64,000 bases of DNA from Acidobacteriota bacterium (GCA_963666055.2 CAXWPH010000007.1:160001-224000); one strand, 5' to 3'; positions 11,055 to 21,462 are shown, numbered from the stretch's first letter. Numbers and translations: made by a program. The notes: generated by a model not told the origin, from the letters alone.

Positions 11055-11912
11055 CTACCGTTCGAAGGTAAAGGCGATCTCCACCGTTTCGTTCGGCCCC
11101 ACCGTGACCTCCTGCGTCAAGGTGCCGAGGATCTCGTGCCGCGCCGACACCGTGTACTGGCCCGGAGGCAAGGGCCCGAGATCGATCCCGAAGTCCTCGC
11201 CGGTGACCGAGAAGTAGGGGTGGTCGAAGACGTGGATGGTGGCCTCCATCCATGGGTGCACGTCGCAACGAACCGCAATCCCGATCTCGGCGTGGTCGAA
11301 GACGTGCTGATGCTCTAGTCCCGGTATCGGCTGGCTCACGTTCAGGGCCGCACCGCTGGTGGGTCGGGCGCTGACGTTGTGCAGCGTGTCATCGCTGTTG
11401 CGGATGGTCAGCGGCTGCCCGGCCCGCAAGGCGACGATCGGCGGTCGGAAGGTGCAGTCGGCCTGGTGGAGCACTCCGCCAATGTCGAAGCCGAAGAGGG
11501 CCTCCTCGGGCGACGGATCGGGGAACGCCAGACCGTCGAGACCTGCGCTCACGTACACGAGCACGCCCCGCAAGCCACCGTCACGGTTTACTCGGATTGA
11601 TCTCGCCCGGTGTTGCTCGCTGCGCTGCATCCGCGCGCAGTTCGGATCGGCCGTCATGTCGAGAACGGCCGCCTCGTCGGCCTGACCGTTGAACATCACG
11701 CTGCCAACGATCCTGCCCGCCTGGCTCAGATCCGGCGGGACTCCGATCGGCGCCGCCGACGCCGCCACCTGTGAGTCGTCGACTGCGGCGGGTCCGCACG
11801 CCGCCGCAACGAGCAGCGCCACCGAGACGACGAACAACGGCACCGAGGGCCCGGGCAGGGGCCACCAAACACAGCGAGCCCAACGGTGGCGTATTGGCTG
11901 ATGCTCACTCAC
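11055..11912 (-). CDS. Cupredoxin-like/carboxypeptidase-regulatory-like domain lipoprotein
   Basis: VAAAC lipobox; QADCTFRP, LHNV, CDVHPWM motifs. Confidence 0.75.
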   Translation of the reverse strand: MSEHQPIRHRWARCVWWPLPGPSVPLFVVSVALLVAAACGPAAVDDSQVAASAAPIGVPPDLSQAGRIVGSVMFNGQADEAAVLDMTADPNCARMQRSEQHRARSIRVNRDGGLRGVLVYVSAGLDGLAFPDPSPEEALFGFDIGGVLHQADCTFRPPIVALRAGQPLTIRNSDDTLHNVSARPTSGAALNVSQPIPGLEHQHVFDHAEIGIAVRCDVHPWMEATIHVFDHPYFSVTGEDFGIDLGPLPPGQYTVSARHEILGTLTQEVTVGPNETVEIAFTFER

Positions 11913-13554
11913 CAGACGTCGCCGGGATCTGGTGCAACGTGAACCAGCCCTCGGTAGTCCACATGTGCTCCCCGTGGTCGGAGACCGGATCGGTCATGAC
12001 ATAGACGACGCGCCCGGTCTCGAGCTCCGGCACCGTGAGGCGCACGGACATGCGATCGTCGGAAGGAACTGCCTGCGTCACCGTGAGCAGCGCCTGGCCG
12101 AGCTTGACGCCGCCGTAGGCGGGCGTCGTTCGGTAGGCCCAGTGGCGCAGGTGATAGTTGCCCGGTTGGGCCAAGTAGGCCCACGGCACCGGCTTGGTGA
12201 ACTCGATCTCGACGCCGTCGGACGTGGCACGGATGGTCCGCATCTCGAACGCCGCGACTCCCGTCGGTCGGAGGCGCTGCAAACCTTCGTAGGTGCGCTC
12301 GCCGGCCGGGTTGATCCACGACCAGCTGCCGGCGTGTTGGCCACCGATGCCGCCAGCGTACAGCGAACCGTCGGCGCCCCAGGTGAGCCGGTTGACCCCG
12401 GCCTCGAGACCCATCGTGTAGCGAAACACGACGCCCTGCCACACGCCGTTTACTTTCTCCAACGCAAGCCGCTGGATGCCGCCGTAACGCATGTCGCCCA
12501 TCAGCATCTGCCCGGCGTATGGCTGACCCTCGGGAATCAAGATCGGCTGCGTGGGGGAGTTGGCGACCTCGTCCTGCGGCAGCTGGATGGCGGGGAACGT
12601 CTCACCCCGCCCGGCGCTCAGCCGGTCGGCCGGGTCCTGGTAGGGCGTCGGACAGCTCCCGTGTTCGTCGGTGTCCTGCTCGAATCCGTAGAAGTGGCCC
12701 TTCTGCACGTGGTTGAGCTCGTTCGCCGGCGTCCACTCGCCCTGGTTGTCGCTCACGAAGACCTCGCCCTCGGGCCCGAAGCCGATGCCATTGGGTGTTC
12801 GATGCCCGCCGGTAAGCGCTTCGACGTTGCTGCCGGATGGTTGGCCCAGGTCGATTTTCCAGACCGAGCCATGATCGGGAGGATTGTTGAAGGCGCCGAG
12901 GCCGGTGGAACGCGCCATATACAGGAACCCGGGATGGCCGGATTCGCCCGGCTCGTGGATCAGCCCGAACGAGAACGTGTGGTAGTCGCGAGACTCCCAG
13001 CCACCTGCCACAGTCGTCCGATTCCAGGCTCCGGTGGCTGCATCAAGAGCGAATCGCGTCACCTCGGACCGCTGCGAAACGTAGATGTCCTCACCCACCA
13101 CGGCGACGCCGAGCGGCTCCTCGAGTCCGTCGGCGATCACGGTGGCGGTCACGCCCGATAGGTCGTCATCGGTGACATTGTCGACGAGGAAGAGCTCGCC
13201 GTTGGGCTCTGGCGTGGGGTCCGGTGGCAACACCGTGCCAGCGCGGAAGGTCGCCACCGCCAGGCGTCCGTCGGGCAGCACGCCGAGGCCACCGACCTCG
13301 AGCTTCATACCCGGCGGGTGAATCGAGGCGATCTCCAGTCCCGGATGCGCACCCGACACCTTGCGGCCGTGGCCGGGCCTGGGCGCTCCCGGCTCGATGA
13401 TCGGACCGGCAGCCCTCTCGGAGCTGCAAGCGATGGGCGCCACCCCAAGCAGGAGGGACAGTAACAGCAGGAGCCGCGGCAGAGCGCGCCGGGTCGGGAG
13501 CCTGGACCAACCTGCCGGGCCGCGCAGCTCATGCAGGTCGTCGGTTTCCATCAA
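11905..13554 (-). CDS. Exported glucose/sorbosone dehydrogenase-like beta-propeller protein
   Basis: GHRTPNGIG, SDNQGEWTPANELN, YAGQMLMGD; start codon uncertain. Confidence 0.7.
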   Translation of the reverse strand: MMETDDLHELRGPAGWSRLPTRRALPRLLLLLSLLLGVAPIACSSERAAGPIIEPGAPRPGHGRKVSGAHPGLEIASIHPPGMKLEVGGLGVLPDGRLAVATFRAGTVLPPDPTPEPNGELFLVDNVTDDDLSGVTATVIADGLEEPLGVAVVGEDIYVSQRSEVTRFALDAATGAWNRTTVAGGWESRDYHTFSFGLIHEPGESGHPGFLYMARSTGLGAFNNPPDHGSVWKIDLGQPSGSNVEALTGGHRTPNGIGFGPEGEVFVSDNQGEWTPANELNHVQKGHFYGFEQDTDEHGSCPTPYQDPADRLSAGRGETFPAIQLPQDEVANSPTQPILIPEGQPYAGQMLMGDMRYGGIQRLALEKVNGVWQGVVFRYTMGLEAGVNRLTWGADGSLYAGGIGGQHAGSWSWINPAGERTYEGLQRLRPTGVAAFEMRTIRATSDGVEIEFTKPVPWAYLAQPGNYHLRHWAYRTTPAYGGVKLGQALLTVTQAVPSDDRMSVRLTVPELETGRVVYVMTDPVSDHGEHMWTTEGWFTLHQIPATSGE

Positions 13555-13679
13555 CCGCCCCCTTAGCTCACTCGCCTGAGTCCGATCGCCGGCTCACCGG
13601 CCTCGTTGCGACGACCGCGGCCGGGTAGCACCGGCCAGCAGTGCGGTGGGAGCGTACACGCGCGCCTATACTGCCGCCA

Positions 13680-15650
13680 ATGAAACGCTGCATGTTAATC
13701 GCAGGATGGCTCGCCTGGCTGCTGGTGCCGGTGGCTTGTGCGCCGCCGCCCTCAGGCAGCCTCGACCCCATCGGGACGCTTGCGTCGGAATCGTGGAGCG
13801 CGTTCGAGGTCTCGGCGGTGCCGGCAGCCACCCCCGACCTGGTTGCCCAGGGCGCTTCCTTGTATGCCCACCACTGCGCTTCCTGTCACGGGTCCGAGGG
13901 GCGCGCCGACGGCCCGTGCGCGTCGTTGCTATCGCCGCCAGCGCGCGACCTAACCTCGGGCATCTTCCGCTTCAAGACCACGCCGGGCGGCGACATGCCA
14001 ACCGACGTGGACCTGTTTCGCACCATCTCGATGGGGCTGCGCGGCACCTCGATGCCGCCATGGCGGCGGGTGCTCTCAGCGTCGGAGCGCTGGGCGACCA
14101 CCCATTTCATCAAGACGCTGGCCCCGGCGTTCGAGCAGTGGGGACCCGGCAAACCGATCGACCTCGGCGCCGAGCCGACCGGTGATCTCACCGAAAGCGT
14201 GCGCCGCGGCGAGACGCTCTACGTGGATGCGCAATGTCCGCTGTGCCACGGTGCCACCGGAGCCGGAGACGGTGCCAACGCGGCCAGCCTGATGGACGCT
14301 TTCGGCAACCCCATACTGCCGCGCGACTTCCGTGACCGGCAACAATTCAAACGCAGCGTCACTCGGCGCGACAATGCCTTGATGATCGCCATCGGCAACA
14401 ACGGCAACTCGATGCCGGGGTTCGCCGAGGCGTTCTCGCCCGAGCAGATCTGGGATCTGGCGGCCTACGTGCAGAGCCTGGCGCTGGCTGAATCCGGCCA
14501 TAGGCCTGACTCCGCGCCCGCTGCCGACACAGACGACGGGCTCGTGCGGCTCAGCATGACCGCGAGCCACGACGCGCTCGCTCCCGAGGTGATTCACGTG
14601 CGGCAAGGCGACCGCGTGCTGATCGATCTCGAGGCCGCCGACAACGGCCGCGGGATGGGGCACGCGCTCGAGATAGGGGGCTACGGGGTCACAATCGACG
14701 CTGCCATGGTGGAGCGGCCGCAGTCGGCCACGTTCACCGCCGACGAGGCCGGGACCTTCGAGCTTCGCAGCCCCGTTCTATGCGGCTCCGGAACGCCCGA
14801 GATCCGCGGACGGATGATCGTCGAGCCCGTTGTCGAGCCTGGGGTCGCTGGACGGTCCGGCAATCAGTCCGATCAGCCAGACCAGCCCCACGTGGTCTTC
14901 GTAACCGGCGACGACGAGTACAGCTCCGAGCTCACCATGCCGATCTTCGCCGCCGCGCTCGAAGCGAGCTACGGCATGCGCACCACCGTCCTAAGCGCTT
15001 TTCCCGATGAGCACGCCGACGACATTCCCGGCCTCGAGCTCCTCGAGCAAGCCGACCTGATGGTGTTGTTCCTGCGCAATCGCATCTTGCCGCGCCAGCA
15101 GGTCGAGCGCATCGTCGGCTATCTCGACAACGGCAACCCGTTGGTCAGCCTGCGCACCTCGACGCACGCCTTCCTCTACCCGCAGGGCCACGAGCTCGAG
15201 TCGTTCAACGACTTCGGGCCGCGCTACGTCGGCGCCCCCTACGTGTGGGATTACGGCCACGACAACGGCACCGACGTGAGTCCCGTGGCCGCGGCGGCGG
15301 ATCATCCTGCCCTGACCGGGGTGCCCGAATTCCACGTGCCCTCGTGGCTGTACACGCTGCTGCCCAACTACCCGGTTGCCGGCTCGCAGATTCTCATGAC
15401 GGGCTTCCCGCTGGGCGACACCTTCGACCCCGAGGCCGGCGACCCGGTGGATACTCCGGTCGCATGGACCCGCCACACCGACGCCGGCGGCCGCGTGTTC
15501 ACCACCACGCTGGGGCATCCGGTCGGCCTCCAGCAGGAAGGCCTCCAGCGCCTGATCATCAACGCCATCCACTGGGCGCTGGGCCTCGATGCCCCCGGCG
15601 AGTGGGCCGGGCCGCTGCCGATGAACGTGCCCTACAAGGAAGAGGAATGA
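13680..15650 (+). CDS. Dihaem cytochrome c + degenerate cupredoxin + ThuA-like fusion lipoprotein
   Basis: CASCH and CPLCH; PEVIHVRQGD..GH..LCGSG; VFVTGDDEYSSE..GRVFTTTLGH. Confidence 0.8.
   Translation: MKRCMLIAGWLAWLLVPVACAPPPSGSLDPIGTLASESWSAFEVSAVPAATPDLVAQGASLYAHHCASCHGSEGRADGPCASLLSPPARDLTSGIFRFKTTPGGDMPTDVDLFRTISMGLRGTSMPPWRRVLSASERWATTHFIKTLAPAFEQWGPGKPIDLGAEPTGDLTESVRRGETLYVDAQCPLCHGATGAGDGANAASLMDAFGNPILPRDFRDRQQFKRSVTRRDNALMIAIGNNGNSMPGFAEAFSPEQIWDLAAYVQSLALAESGHRPDSAPAADTDDGLVRLSMTASHDALAPEVIHVRQGDRVLIDLEAADNGRGMGHALEIGGYGVTIDAAMVERPQSATFTADEAGTFELRSPVLCGSGTPEIRGRMIVEPVVEPGVAGRSGNQSDQPDQPHVVFVTGDDEYSSELTMPIFAAALEASYGMRTTVLSAFPDEHADDIPGLELLEQADLMVLFLRNRILPRQQVERIVGYLDNGNPLVSLRTSTHAFLYPQGHELESFNDFGPRYVGAPYVWDYGHDNGTDVSPVAAAADHPALTGVPEFHVPSWLYTLLPNYPVAGSQILMTGFPLGDTFDPEAGDPVDTPVAWTRHTDAGGRVFTTTLGHPVGLQQEGLQRLIINAIHWALGLDAPGEWAGPLPMNVPYKEEE
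15619..15650 (+). repeat. 32-bp direct repeat, copy 1 (gene 3' end, MNVPYKEEE*)
   Basis: cgatgaacgtgccctacaaggaagaggaatga; one mismatch to 16317-16348. Confidence 0.95.
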
Positions 15651-15710
15651 CCCTCACCCGCGCTGCGTAGGACTGTGCCGCGTTCCGCAGACTCCAATTC
15701 TTGACACGTC

Positions 15711-16019
15711 CTAAACGACGCTCTGTCGGTGCGCCCAGTAGCCCGGCCGACGCTTGCCGTGGGCGACCGCGATAACCTCGACATCGCCTTTCCGATCAAG
15801 TCTGTAGATCAACAGGAACGGGAATCGTGGCAGAAGGTATCGACGCGCCTCGTCCTTGATCGGAGGCCAGCGTAGCGGCGATTCGAGCACTCGCCGTATG
15901 GCCAAGTCGACTTCTGAAAGGAATGCGTGCGCGGCTTCCGTGCTTCTCTCCGCATACCAATCACGGGCAGTCTCGACTTCCGCGGCGGCATCCGGATGGA
16001 GCCTAGCGCGACGCGCCAT
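15711..16019 (-). CDS. RelE/ParE-family toxin
   Basis: HPDAAAE..DWY..RRYLLPRFPFLLIY..VIAVAHGKRRPGYW. Confidence 0.9.
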   Translation of the reverse strand: MARRARLHPDAAAEVETARDWYAERSTEAAHAFLSEVDLAIRRVLESPLRWPPIKDEARRYLLPRFPFLLIYRLDRKGDVEVIAVAHGKRRPGYWAHRQSVV

Positions 16020-16242
16020 CTCGGCCGAGAAGGCGTGCTCTCACTTCCTCCCATGGGACCAGCGTGACCGCGCCGGAGTCCAACTCAGCGGAACGGCGTT
16101 CGATCTCGGCCAGCCACGCCGCTTCAACGTCCTTGTCCGGCGGTCCCTCGAGACTCTCGATTAACTCGCCGGCAAGGGTAGCCCGTTCGCTCGGATCAAG
16201 GTCAAGGGCCTGTTCCAGTAGATTTTTTGCGCCCGAACTCAT
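16003..16242 (-). CDS. Addiction-module antitoxin
   Basis: ALDLDPSERATLA..AWLAEIERR..VPWEEV; overlaps the toxin start; TATCAT -10 box just upstream. Confidence 0.9.
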   Translation of the reverse strand: MSSGAKNLLEQALDLDPSERATLAGELIESLEGPPDKDVEAAWLAEIERRSAELDSGAVTLVPWEEVRARLLGRDGASR

Positions 16243-16316
16243 GGGTTCGATGATACCAGCACCCATCGGCGCGAGGGTGATCCGTCCGGGCCCGGCACGC
16301 GAGCCTACGCATCTGG

Positions 16317-16348
16317 CGATGAACGTGCCCTACAAGGAGGAGGAATGA
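16317..16348 (+). repeat. 32-bp direct repeat, copy 2
   Basis: cgatgaacgtgccctacaaggaggaggaatga. Confidence 0.95.
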
Positions 16349-16391
16349 GGTGGCCGGGTCGCGCTACCCGGCGCGGTGCGGACCTCTCGGT

Positions 16392-16669
16392 CGAGGCCCT
16401 GCTTCGTCGGCTGGATGAGCACGCCGGCCGGGATGCGCAACGAAACAACCAGCTTCCAAATCATGGCTACCGACAAACCTCTCTTTCGGTTGAGGATCTC
16501 AGAGATCCTGCCTCGGCCATCTTGATCGGTCGGATTTCCATCCTCACACCTTGGTCACGTCCACTCGATTGTACTCAGCGTGGGTCCCGACGAACCGGAT
16601 GAGCGGCTGCTCAGCGCCCCGGTGCCGGGTCCAGAACTCGCGAAGCATCCGACGAGAGATGATCCGCAT
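16392..16669 (-). pseudogene. Internally deleted higB-higA copy
   Basis: [17 protein letters not shown]|[10 protein letters not shown] and MEIRPIK|GRGRISEILNRKR match the ends of the intact genes at 18034-18702. Confidence 0.9.
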
Positions 16670-16681
16670 CAGGGCCAATCC

Positions 16682-17871
16682 CTGCTCGGGCAGCGCGATC
16701 AGCGCCTCGAGCAGGTCGTGCTCGAGGATCCAGCGTCGGATCTCGCTCTCGCCGCTGCCGGCATCGCCTGTGAACAACGGCGAGCCGTTCATGATGATGG
16801 CTACGCGCGAGCCGCCCTTCTGGGGTTGGCGCCTATGCGCCAGCATGTGGAGCAGGGAACAGCAGCTGGCCGTCGCTGATGCGCGGCAGGCCCGGCGCGA
16901 AGCGGCCGTCGGCGCCGCGATCATTCTCGGCGGGCACGGTGTCCTGGTCTCGCTTCCAGTCCTTTCCGTAGGGAGGATTGGTGATCAGGTAGTCGAAGGG
17001 CGTCACGGCATGGCGATCGTCGACAGGGTGCTGCCGAAGGCGATCCTATCCGCGTCCCGCCCACTCGGGTCCTTCATGAACAGGTCAGACTTGCTCACCG
17101 CCCAGGTCTCCGGGTTCACCTCCTGGCCGAACAGGTGGACGTCGGCATCAGCGTTGATTGGCGGCTTCACCGAGTCGCCCTCGCGCTGCTCTCCTTCGAT
17201 GATGTGTTCCTTGGCGATCGTGAGCATCCCGCCGGAGCCGCAGCATGGGTCGTAGACCGTCAGCACGATGCCGTCTCTGTTCAACGACTCCTCGTCGCCT
17301 GCCAGCATGAGATCGACCATCAGGTGAATCACGTCGCGCGGGGTGAAATGCTCGCCCGGATTCTCGTTCAGCACCTCGTTGAACTTGCGCAGGAGTCCTC
17401 GAAGATCGTTCCCATCGTGAAGTTGTCCACGACGTCCGGGTGCAGGTTCACCTCACCAAACCGCTGCATCGCCAGGAACAGCAGGCCCGACTCGTCGAGC
17501 TTGCTGATGGTGTTGTCGAAGTCGAACTTCTCGAGCACCTCGCGCATGTTGGGGCTGAACCCCGCAATGTACTTGCGAAGATTCTGGGCGATGTCGGGCG
17601 CGTCGCCGAGCAGCTTCTCGAAGTCGTAGCGTGAAGTGTTGTAGAAGGCGAAGCCAGAGGCGCGACGGAGGAGATTCTCAGGCCGCGCGAGCTTTCCCTT
17701 GTACCGCGCCTGGACCTCGAGAACCTTGGGCTTCGTGGGCGCCAGCACGCAATCGAGCCGTCGCAGCACGGTCAGCGGCAGGATCACATCCTGATACTTG
17801 CCGCGCTTGAAAGTATCGCGAATCAGGTCAGCGACGCCCCAGATGAAGCTGACGATCTGGCTGTGGTTCAT
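16682..17871 (-). pseudogene. hsdM: Type I restriction-modification methyltransferase M subunit, frameshifted and 3'-truncated
   Basis: FIWGVADL, GEHFTPR, DPCCGSGG, NPPY and [14 protein letters not shown] are spread across three frameshifts; homology ends at ALPEQ. Confidence 0.92.
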
Positions 17872-18033
17872 GATCCCTCGTGTGCTCTTGCGAGCCGAGC
17901 TGATCGAACCACGAGGATGACTCTCCCGTTTCTGTTACGTCGCCGGATAGGTCGGGCCGCTCTCACGTTGAGGCGGCCTTCGGCCGTAGGCATTCGATCC
18001 TGCACGAGCGGCATCCTCTGGCGGGTCTACGCG

Positions 18034-18405
18034 TCAAGCTCCCTGCTTCGTCGACTGGATCAGCACCTCGGCCGGAATACGGAGAGAGTCGACGAGCTTC
18101 CGGATCATCGCTAGAGACAAGCTCCGCTTGCGGTTGAGAATCTCGGAGACTCTGCCGCGGCCGACCCCGAGCAAGCGCTGCAAGTCAGCCCGATCCTGCC
18201 CGGTCTGCTCAAGCCGAAACAAGATCGCGTCGATTGGATCCGGTGCGGGGATCGGGCTGTTCTTTTCCTCGTACACCTCGACCAACGTGCTGAGGACCTC
18301 CAGCATCTCCGCCTCTTCAGAATTGGCAGGCGAATCCCAAAGCGCCTCGACGCGCTCCAAAGCAGCACCGTGGTCCCGTTCCGTCTTGATCGGTCGGATT
18401 CGCAT
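18034..18405 (-). CDS. higA: HigA-family HTH antitoxin
   Basis: PDPIDAILFRLEQ..RVSEILNRKRSLSLAMIRKL. Confidence 0.9.
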   Translation of the reverse strand: MRIRPIKTERDHGAALERVEALWDSPANSEEAEMLEVLSTLVEVYEEKNSPIPAPDPIDAILFRLEQTGQDRADLQRLLGVGRGRVSEILNRKRSLSLAMIRKLVDSLRIPAEVLIQSTKQGA

Positions 18406-18408
18406 CCC

Positions 18409-18702
18409 TTATACCTCGGTCACCTCTCCACGGTCGTATTCGGCATGCGTCCCTATGAACCGGATGAACACTATGCCGATGTCGTATCGGACAGCGACGA
18501 CGAGTCGATACTTGTTGCCCCCGATGCTGAATACGATGCGATCACGGCCAATGAAACTCGCCGACGCATAGCGCTTCTTGATGTCTGCGGGCCTTTCCCA
18601 GGTCGCATTCTTTGCCTCCGAGAACCATGCCCTGAGCGGCTGCTCAGCGTCCCGGTGCCGGGTCCAGAACTCGCGAAGCGTCCGACGGGAAATGATCCTC
18701 AT
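18409..18702 (-). CDS. higB: HigB-family toxin
   Basis: VFSIGGNKYRLV..IRFIGTHAEYD. Confidence 0.92.
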   Translation of the reverse strand: MRIISRRTLREFWTRHRDAEQPLRAWFSEAKNATWERPADIKKRYASASFIGRDRIVFSIGGNKYRLVVAVRYDIGIVFIRFIGTHAEYDRGEVTEV

Positions 18703-18720
18703 CAGGGGCCAATCATAGCG

Positions 18721-18739
18721 TGATCCCGAATTGGGATCA
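18721..18739. promoter_or_regulatory. Probable higBA operator palindrome
   Basis: TGATCCC-gaatt-GGGATCA next to a minus-strand TATGAT -10 box. Confidence 0.7.
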
Positions 18740-18754
18740 ACATCTACATCCGAT

Positions 18755-20197
18755 CTACCGTCCGCTCACGAGCTCTTCCTCCGTCGGTACGTAGGTCAGC
18801 GCATCGTGCTTCGGCGGTGAAGAGCCCTGCGTCGCCTGGGCGACGACAACGAACAGCGCCAGGCTGATGAGCGGCGCGATGAGCGTCTCCATGCCAGCCC
18901 ATGCTTCGGGCACCGCGAAATGCAAGGTCAGCCGCGCCGCGGCTCCGCCGACGATCGCGGCCAGCGCCGCCGGGGTATTCGACTTGTGCCAGAAGAGACC
19001 GAGCACCAGCGGCACGAAACAGCTGGCGAGCACGATGTCGAATGCCAGGATCAGCAGCACCCCGGGATCCGGGCGGAAGTAGGCAAACACCACCGAGGCC
19101 GCCATCGTCGGCAAGGCTATCCATCGGGAGACGCGCAACAACTCCGAGTCATCCCAGGTGTGTGAGGAGCGCCCCTGGATCAGGTTTCTGGTAAGCACGT
19201 TGGCGAGATCGAGCACTACCCCCGCTGCAGTCGACATGCTGGCAGCGATGACCCCAAGCAAGATCAGGCCGCCGATGATCATCGGCATCTCGTTGAGTGC
19301 CACTTCCACCAGCAGGAAACGGCTCTCCGGGGTGCCGAAGTGGAACGCCGCGAGGCCGATGAAGGTGACCATGAGGCCGATGGTGAGGGTGATGACCCCG
19401 GCTATGTAACAGCCGCGTTTGGCGGTGCGTGCGGAGTCGGCGGCGATCACGCGCTGGATGAAGTCGATCGCCACGACGTCGCCGAGGGCCAGCGACACCA
19501 GAGACGCCCAGTTGACCAGCGATCCCTGCTCGCGGCTCATCAGCCCGGACATGTCGGTGAAGCTGGCGGGAACACTCGCCATCAGCGTGCTCCAGCCGAA
19601 GGTGCCGGTCAGCCAGGCGAAGCCGATGACGGTGCTGAGGATGAACATCCCCACCTGCAGCACGCTGGTGGTGATGGTGGCGTAGAGACCGCCGGTGACC
19701 GCGTAGGTGAGGATGCAGAGGCCGATCACCACGAGCATCGGCAGGTAGCCGACGCCAAATACCAAATCCAGCAGCAGGCCGAGCCCGGCGAGGTTGCCGG
19801 CGACTAGCACGATGTTGCCGACCAGCATGTTGAGCGCCGCCAGCGTCTCGGTATTCTGGTTGTATCGACGGCGGTAGAAATCGGCCAGCGTCAACAGGCG
19901 CATGCGGTGGATGGGCTCGGCGAATACCGCACCGGTGAGGAACAGGCACAGGGCGAGCCCGATGGGGATCGCCGCCCCGGCCCAGAAGCCGCCGCCGTGG
20001 GCCAATGACGCGTTGCCCATGGAGCCGTTGGCGTCGAACGCCTGGGCGCAGAGGGTGATGCCGATCACCGACACGCCCATGGCATTGCCGGCGACGTAGT
20101 AATTCGTCGCCTGGCCCTTGATCTTCGCCCAGGTGCGAACGCCGACCCACATGGTGGCGCCGACGAACAGGATGATGGCGACGCCGATGGGGCTCAT
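18755..20197 (-). CDS. Sodium:solute symporter (SSS) family
   Basis: Multi-TM; TLADFYRRRY, GGLYA, AASMSTA. True start MSPIG overlaps the MFS stop (ATGA). Confidence 0.9.
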   Translation of the reverse strand: MSPIGVAIILFVGATMWVGVRTWAKIKGQATNYYVAGNAMGVSVIGITLCAQAFDANGSMGNASLAHGGGFWAGAAIPIGLALCLFLTGAVFAEPIHRMRLLTLADFYRRRYNQNTETLAALNMLVGNIVLVAGNLAGLGLLLDLVFGVGYLPMLVVIGLCILTYAVTGGLYATITTSVLQVGMFILSTVIGFAWLTGTFGWSTLMASVPASFTDMSGLMSREQGSLVNWASLVSLALGDVVAIDFIQRVIAADSARTAKRGCYIAGVITLTIGLMVTFIGLAAFHFGTPESRFLLVEVALNEMPMIIGGLILLGVIAASMSTAAGVVLDLANVLTRNLIQGRSSHTWDDSELLRVSRWIALPTMAASVVFAYFRPDPGVLLILAFDIVLASCFVPLVLGLFWHKSNTPAALAAIVGGAAARLTLHFAVPEAWAGMETLIAPLISLALFVVVAQATQGSSPPKHDALTYVPTEEELVSGR

Positions 20198-21462
20198 GAG
20201 GTCGTCGTGTCCGCCCCAGGTGCCGAGCCGGATTGGCGCCGCCGAAAGTACACCGTGACGAGGATCACGATGATGGCGAACAACGCCCCGTTCACCGCCT
20301 GCGTCGCGGCCACGCCGATGGTGGTGACCAGGGCGCCGATCTCGAGCTGAGCGAGAGGCCCGACGCCGCGGCTCAGGTTCCAGACTCCGATCACCGCGCC
20401 ACGATCGCGGTCGTCGACGTTCTGCTGCAGGGCGGTAGGCAGCAGCGCGTCGAGGCTCGCCCAGGCGACGCCGACCAAGCCCATCAGCACCAACGACAGC
20501 GGGTACGACGTCGACACGGAGAAGACCAGCAGCGCGATGCCGAAGAATACGCATACGATCGGCAGCAGTCGGTCGGCCCGCACCCGGCGCGCCACCGATC
20601 CGAGCAACAGCAGCCCGATCACGCCACCGCCGTTGCGCACCGCCACGAGGTTGCCGAGGCCCTGCTCGCCGGCCATCAGGATGTCGCGAGCGAAGGACGG
20701 CGCCAGCGCCTCGTGTGAGTAGGCGAAGATCTCGGCGGCCATGGCGATCACCGCGAATACGAGCACCGCCGGGTTGCGCATGATCTCGAACATCGAGGCC
20801 CACACGCCCAGGGACTCGCCTGCTTCCTCGTCGGTCGCGGCGCTGGGGTACTTGCGATTCGCCGCAGTACCCGGGGCCACCAGCGGGATGATGGTGAGCA
20901 GGATGGCGCTACCGAGGTACGCCACCGCCATCATCAAGAACGCCCCGACGCCACCCCACAACGACAAGGCGAAGCCGGTGGAGATGCCGCCGACCACGCC
21001 GAAGAGCTTGTTTGCCAGCTGCTCCAGCGCCAGCCCATTGACGGCGTCCTCGGGGCCAACGACGTCGTAGACATACGACTTGGAGAGCGTGGTCTCGGCG
21101 ACGTCGAATACCCCGACCAGTGTGGCCACCAGCATCACGCCACCGAATCCGAACCACCCCTGCGTACTGGCGAGCGCGGCGAGAAACGCCATGCCCGCCC
21201 CGCTCCAGTTGGTGACCTGCAGCATGACGCGCCGGTCCATGCGGTCCGACAGGCTGCCGAACGGCACCGACAGAAACAACCGCGGCAGGATTCGCGTCGC
21301 CAGCGCCGCGCCCACCCCCACCGCCGACCCAGTGAACTCCAGCGCCAGCCAGCCGAGCGCCACGGTGCTGATGTGGGCCGAATAGCCGTTCAGGCAGATC
21401 GACGACCACACCAGGCCGAAGCCCGGATGCCGGAAGGAACGGAGCAGCTCGGCGCGCCGCAT
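20194..21462 (-). CDS. MFS transporter
   Basis: About 12 TM segments; GSLSDRMDRR motif A. Confidence 0.9.
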   Translation of the reverse strand: MRRAELLRSFRHPGFGLVWSSICLNGYSAHISTVALGWLALEFTGSAVGVGAALATRILPRLFLSVPFGSLSDRMDRRVMLQVTNWSGAGMAFLAALASTQGWFGFGGVMLVATLVGVFDVAETTLSKSYVYDVVGPEDAVNGLALEQLANKLFGVVGGISTGFALSLWGGVGAFLMMAVAYLGSAILLTIIPLVAPGTAANRKYPSAATDEEAGESLGVWASMFEIMRNPAVLVFAVIAMAAEIFAYSHEALAPSFARDILMAGEQGLGNLVAVRNGGGVIGLLLLGSVARRVRADRLLPIVCVFFGIALLVFSVSTSYPLSLVLMGLVGVAWASLDALLPTALQQNVDDRDRGAVIGVWNLSRGVGPLAQLEIGALVTTIGVAATQAVNGALFAIIVILVTVYFRRRQSGSAPGADTTTS

